From Candidatus Peregrinibacteria bacterium (GTDB lineage: Bacteria; Patescibacteriota; Gracilibacteria; UBA1369): a stretch of 64,000 nt of DNA. The stretch is taken from positions 76,294 through 140,293 of the forward strand of contig PLYH01000001.1 in NCBI GenBank assembly GCA_003153355.1. Direction: 5' to 3'. The position numbers and the translations under genes are program-made. The notes under the pieces were generated by a model that worked only from the letters and a program-made list of their open reading frames with translations, was not told where the DNA came from and made no database searches. Positions 60,404 through 64,000 of the stretch are shown one piece after another (the first letter of the stretch is position 1; each line of letters opens with the position of its first letter).

Positions 60404-62257
60404 ATGCAAAAGTTACTGAAAACTTATTTTGGATATGATTCTTTTCGGCCGCTCCAGGAAGAGATTATTTCGCATATTCTTGACAAAAAAGAAGCGCTCG
60501 TGATTATGGCGACCGGGGGCGGAAAATCACTCTGTTATCAATTGCCCGCGCTCAAATTCAAGGGCCTGACCTTAGTCATTTCCCCTCTGATCGCATTGAT
60601 GAAAGACCAGGTCGACGGTTTAAATGCCAACGGCATAGCGGCTGAATTCATTAACAGCACCCTGTCGTATGATCAAATCCGCGAAATACAAACCCGTTTA
60701 AAAAGAGAACAGATTAAAATTCTGTACGTGGCTCCGGAAAGACTGGCCATCGGCGATTTTCTGGATTTCCTGGGCACGCTGAACGTTGATCTGATCGCGA
60801 TTGATGAAGCTCACTGTATTTCGGAATGGGGCCACGATTTCCGGCCTGAGTACCGCAATCTCAAATCTTTACGGAAAAATTTTCCGGGTGTCCCGTTGAT
60901 TGCCCTGACCGCTACAGCTACAAACCAGGTGCGTTCGGACATTATCGAACAGCTCAACTTGCAGGAAGCCCGCGTATTTCTCTCAAGTTTTAACCGGAGT
61001 AACCTCAGTTATCAGGTCAGACCGAAAAAAAACGCTCTGAATGAATTGAAAACTTTATTAAAAAAATATGCGGGAGAATCAGCCATCATTTACTGTTTTT
61101 CCCGCAAAAGCACTGAGGAACTGGCAGCGGCTTTACAGGATGAAAACTTAAGAGCACTGCCCTATCACGCGGGACTGGATGTTGAAAAAAGAAGAAAAAC
61201 GCAGGAACAATTTATCCGTGATGAAGTTTCAATCATCGTAGCGACCGTTGCTTTTGGAATGGGCATAGACAAACCGAATGTCCGTCTGGTGGTCCACTAT
61301 GATTTACCAAAAAGTGTGGAAGGTTATTATCAAGAAACCGGCCGCGCCGGGCGTGACGGCCTGCCAAGTGATTGCGTTTTGTTTTATTCCTACGGTGACA
61401 AAATCAAACATAATTTCTTCATCAACCAGATTGACGATTCTGACCAGCGCGAAGCAGTTGCGGAAAAACTGGCGCGGATTATTGAGTATGCCGAAATGCA
61501 GTCCTGCCGCCGGGCCTATCTCCTGGAATATTTCGGAGAAAACCCGGACATAATACTAGGCGGACAGAGCTGTCAAAGCTGCGATTTTTGCCTGACTCCC
61601 AAAGAAAACTTTGATGCCACGGAAATAACCTGGAAAATTCTCTCAACCGTCATCCGGATTGAGGAACGTTTCGGACTCAACTACGTTATTGATATCTTGC
61701 GCGGGCATGAAACACCCAAAGTCAGGGAACGGCAGCATGCCGGGCTCCCGGTTTTCGGCATTGCAAAGGAACAAAAACAAACGGACCTCCTCGAGATCAT
61801 TGAGCTACTGATCGCTCAAAAAATTCTTATAAAAACTTCAGGAGAATATCCGCTTCTCAAAGTAACGGACGAAGGAAAAACACTGCTGAAGACGCGTCAA
61901 AAAATCACCCTGACAAAATCTACTATTCCGAAAGACGATTTACAAGCCGCCACAACCACCAGAGCCAAAATCAAAAAAGAGGCCGGCCATGTCGTTTCCG
62001 ACTACCATCAGGACCTCTTCGAAGAATTACGTGTACTGCGAAAATCCATCGCGGATAAAAAACGCGTCCCGCCTTTCATCATTTTTGGAGATGTTTCGCT
62101 CCGCGAAATGGCTTTTTATTTACCGCAAAGCAATGAAAGCTTTTCATTCATCACGGGAGTAGGACGCGTTAAGCTCGCTGAATACGGCGAAGATTTCCTA
62201 AGCGTCATCCGCAATTACGCCCAAAGTGAAAACCTGGCAGACCGTCTGGCAAAATAA
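60404..62257 (+). CDS. recQ: ATP-dependent DNA helicase RecQ
   Basis: TGGGKSLCYQLP, DEAHCISEWGHDFRP, YYQETGRAGRDG, Zn-binding RQC, HRDC. Confidence 0.97.
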   Translation: MQKLLKTYFGYDSFRPLQEEIISHILDKKEALVIMATGGGKSLCYQLPALKFKGLTLVISPLIALMKDQVDGLNANGIAAEFINSTLSYDQIREIQTRLKREQIKILYVAPERLAIGDFLDFLGTLNVDLIAIDEAHCISEWGHDFRPEYRNLKSLRKNFPGVPLIALTATATNQVRSDIIEQLNLQEARVFLSSFNRSNLSYQVRPKKNALNELKTLLKKYAGESAIIYCFSRKSTEELAAALQDENLRALPYHAGLDVEKRRKTQEQFIRDEVSIIVATVAFGMGIDKPNVRLVVHYDLPKSVEGYYQETGRAGRDGLPSDCVLFYSYGDKIKHNFFINQIDDSDQREAVAEKLARIIEYAEMQSCRRAYLLEYFGENPDIILGGQSCQSCDFCLTPKENFDATEITWKILSTVIRIEERFGLNYVIDILRGHETPKVRERQHAGLPVFGIAKEQKQTDLLEIIELLIAQKILIKTSGEYPLLKVTDEGKTLLKTRQKITLTKSTIPKDDLQAATTTRAKIKKEAGHVVSDYHQDLFEELRVLRKSIADKKRVPPFIIFGDVSLREMAFYLPQSNESFSFITGVGRVKLAEYGEDFLSVIRNYAQSENLADRLAK

Positions 62258-62321
62258 TTGGTTGACCACACGGGTCTAGTACCCTTTGCTGGACTTCCTG
62301 GACTATTGTAGCAGTTTCAAA

Positions 62322-62367
62322 AAATGAGACAAATGAGACACTATAAAAAGGGTTTTAGGTCTTATTT
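62322..62367. repeat. Short direct and inverted repeats in intergenic region
   Basis: AAATGAGAC twice in tandem (62322-62339) plus inverted GTCTTATTT (62359-62367, 1 mismatch). Confidence 0.6.
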
Positions 62368-62438
62368 GAGATAACTTGATATTTTTGCAATTATATTGCA
62401 AAATACGCTTATTTTAAGCACGGAGGATGAAATTAAAA

Positions 62439-63788
62439 TTATTTTTTGCTGATCAAGTCAGCGCAGGCTTTACGAACCTCAGGTTCAGAGTAAAAATTTG
62501 AAGGCCGTCCATTAGATGATCTCCCTCTTTTAGCTACGGCTCCTATTTTTTTTAGTCGCAAATTAACCGTGATCTTAACCAGATTAAAAAATTTTGCCCA
62601 TGCTCTATGAGTTCCGTAACGGATATTATCTTCCATAAAAAACCCATCTTGATCGGCTTGAGGTAAATCCTTGAGAAGTTCTCCACAAGCTTTACGTACA
62701 TCTGCTTCAGTGTAAAAAGCAACTACCTGACCATCTTGCAGTCTCCCATTGATGGAATTAGCTCCCATCTTTTCAACGCGATTGATAAGCGTAGCCAACT
62801 GAAGATTGAGTGATCTGGCCCAAGCACTGCAATTACCATAGTTGATACTGTTTTTTATAAAAAATCCATCCTCATCAGCTTGAGGTAAATCTTTGAGAAG
62901 TTCAGCGCAGGCTTCGCGGACATCCGCTTCGGAGTAAAAATTGAATTTATGGCCACTGGATAATATTCCTTCGACGGGTTTACATCCGATTCTTTCAACA
63001 TATTTTTGAATCGTTGTTCCTGCAATCCCTAATAATCTTGCCAAAGCGCTCACACAACCAAAACGAACACCCTTTTTTATAAAAAATCCATCCTCATCAG
63101 CTTGAGGTAAACCTTCCAGAAGATTAGCACAGGCTTCTCGGACATCGGCTTCGGAGTAAAAAAATTTACTTACGCGACCAACGGATAATCGCCCATCCAC
63201 TGGTTGTGCGCGAATTTTATCAAGCCGCGTTTGAACAGTCTGACCATCTAAATTCAATAATCTCCCCCATGCATCAGGAACACCAAACCGTTCACCTTTT
63301 TTGACAAAAAAACCATCTTCGTCTGCTTGAGGTAAATTAATGAGATCATCACAGGTTCTACGGACTTCTGTTTCAGAATAAAAATCGTGAAGCTTCCCAT
63401 TATGAAATATTTTTCCTTTCTTTGGCTGAATTTTATTTTTTTCCAAGCGATCACCAATTGCTTTATTATCTAAGTTAAAAATTTTTGCCCAAGCATAACA
63501 GGTTCCAAACCGTATACCGCCTTCAATGAAAAAACCATTTTCATCAGCTTGAGGTAAATGCTTGATGAGAAGATCAGCACATACCCTGCGAACACCAGCT
63601 TCAGCAAAAACAATATCAACTTTATTGCGGACAGTATCATGGATCTTTTTAAACTTTACATTACCATCACTATTTATTCTTTCACGTATGGTGGTCTCTG
63701 AAATCGAAATACCTTCTTTATCACGGAAGTATTTTTCCCATCTCGATGGATTACCATAACGGAATTCTCCTTCCATAAAATAAATCAA
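62439..63788 (-). CDS. Tandem-repeat protein of about six 74-aa MerR-like winged-HTH units
   Basis: LPQAD.DGFF units begin at 63557, 63335, 63110, 62888, 62666 (spacing 222/225/222/222 nt) plus a diverged N-terminal unit; start uncertain (TTG 63788 or ATG 63776). Confidence 0.85.
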   Translation of the reverse strand: MIYFMEGEFRYGNPSRWEKYFRDKEGISISETTIRERINSDGNVKFKKIHDTVRNKVDIVFAEAGVRRVCADLLIKHLPQADENGFFIEGGIRFGTCYAWAKIFNLDNKAIGDRLEKNKIQPKKGKIFHNGKLHDFYSETEVRRTCDDLINLPQADEDGFFVKKGERFGVPDAWGRLLNLDGQTVQTRLDKIRAQPVDGRLSVGRVSKFFYSEADVREACANLLEGLPQADEDGFFIKKGVRFGCVSALARLLGIAGTTIQKYVERIGCKPVEGILSSGHKFNFYSEADVREACAELLKDLPQADEDGFFIKNSINYGNCSAWARSLNLQLATLINRVEKMGANSINGRLQDGQVVAFYTEADVRKACGELLKDLPQADQDGFFMEDNIRYGTHRAWAKFFNLVKITVNLRLKKIGAVAKRGRSSNGRPSNFYSEPEVRKACADLISKK

Positions 63789-64000
63789 TCATCAAAATAT
63801 GCAAAACCATCATCAGCCAATTTAGGAAGATCATCTAGGGTCAGAATATCGCTAAGATCAGACGTTTCCATAAGTTCTACCGAGGATGTTAATGCTTTGG
63901 ATTTAAACCTTTTTAAAATTCGTTTTACCTCATCAAGATCACCGTGACCTCCTTCTCCTGAGCCATCCGCTCTACCGAGAAGCTTGCCAGGCTCATAATC
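63785..64000 (-). CDS. 3' end of a gene extending beyond the window, ending in a partial copy of the downstream repeat
   Basis: Open frame from window edge DYEPGKLLGR...LDDLPKLADDGFAYFDD-stop; TGA overlaps TTG of next ORF. Confidence 0.6.
   Translation of the reverse strand, partial: DYEPGKLLGRADGSGEGGHGDLDEVKRILKRFKSKALTSSVELMETSDLSDILTLDDLPKLADDGFAYFDD

Noticed and set aside
62640-63560. Regularly spaced ~30-nt DNA repeats resembling a CRISPR array
   Set aside because: Period is 222-225 nt, a multiple of 3, in frame within one ORF; these are protein repeat borders.

Overview
Gene-dense bacterial chromosomal window using the standard genetic code. Gene content and style (S-layer-homology proteins, giant Cys-rich surface proteins, membrane H+-PPase, few Shine-Dalgarno sites) suggest a CPR/Patescibacteria organism, most plausibly Peregrinibacteria-like; this is inference, not a database result. 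Housekeeping genes include holA, gatCA, ftsX, recO, relA/spoT, hppA, rplY, ybaB, mltG, dnaA, rseP, frr, pyrH, groESL (with tandem CIRCE), rny, ccdA-dsbA, tag, yihA, ABC-F, rlmA and recQ. No rRNA, tRNA, CRISPR array, transposase or integrase was recognised. Most unusual signals: (1) a 5' surface-protein operon in which a 2085-aa protein and an unrelated adjacent 66-aa membrane peptide end in the identical hexapeptide NPDQSG-stop, with all six codons synonymously different (candidate new C-terminal tag system); (2) a 3' protein built from ~74-aa tandem MerR-like winged-HTH repeats with a conserved scaffold and hypervariable recognition helix (candidate modular DNA-reading array); (3) an RNase Y missing several HD-domain metal ligands, preceded by a ~190-nt structured, possibly 6S-like RNA; (4) four genes with a -10 box exactly 6 nt before the ATG (candidate leaderless mRNAs); (5) a KTSC-like gene between the CIRCE operators and groES; (6) three apparent frameshifted or split genes. 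All family calls are by motif recognition without searches; several start codons were moved from the ORF track to the more plausible ATG.
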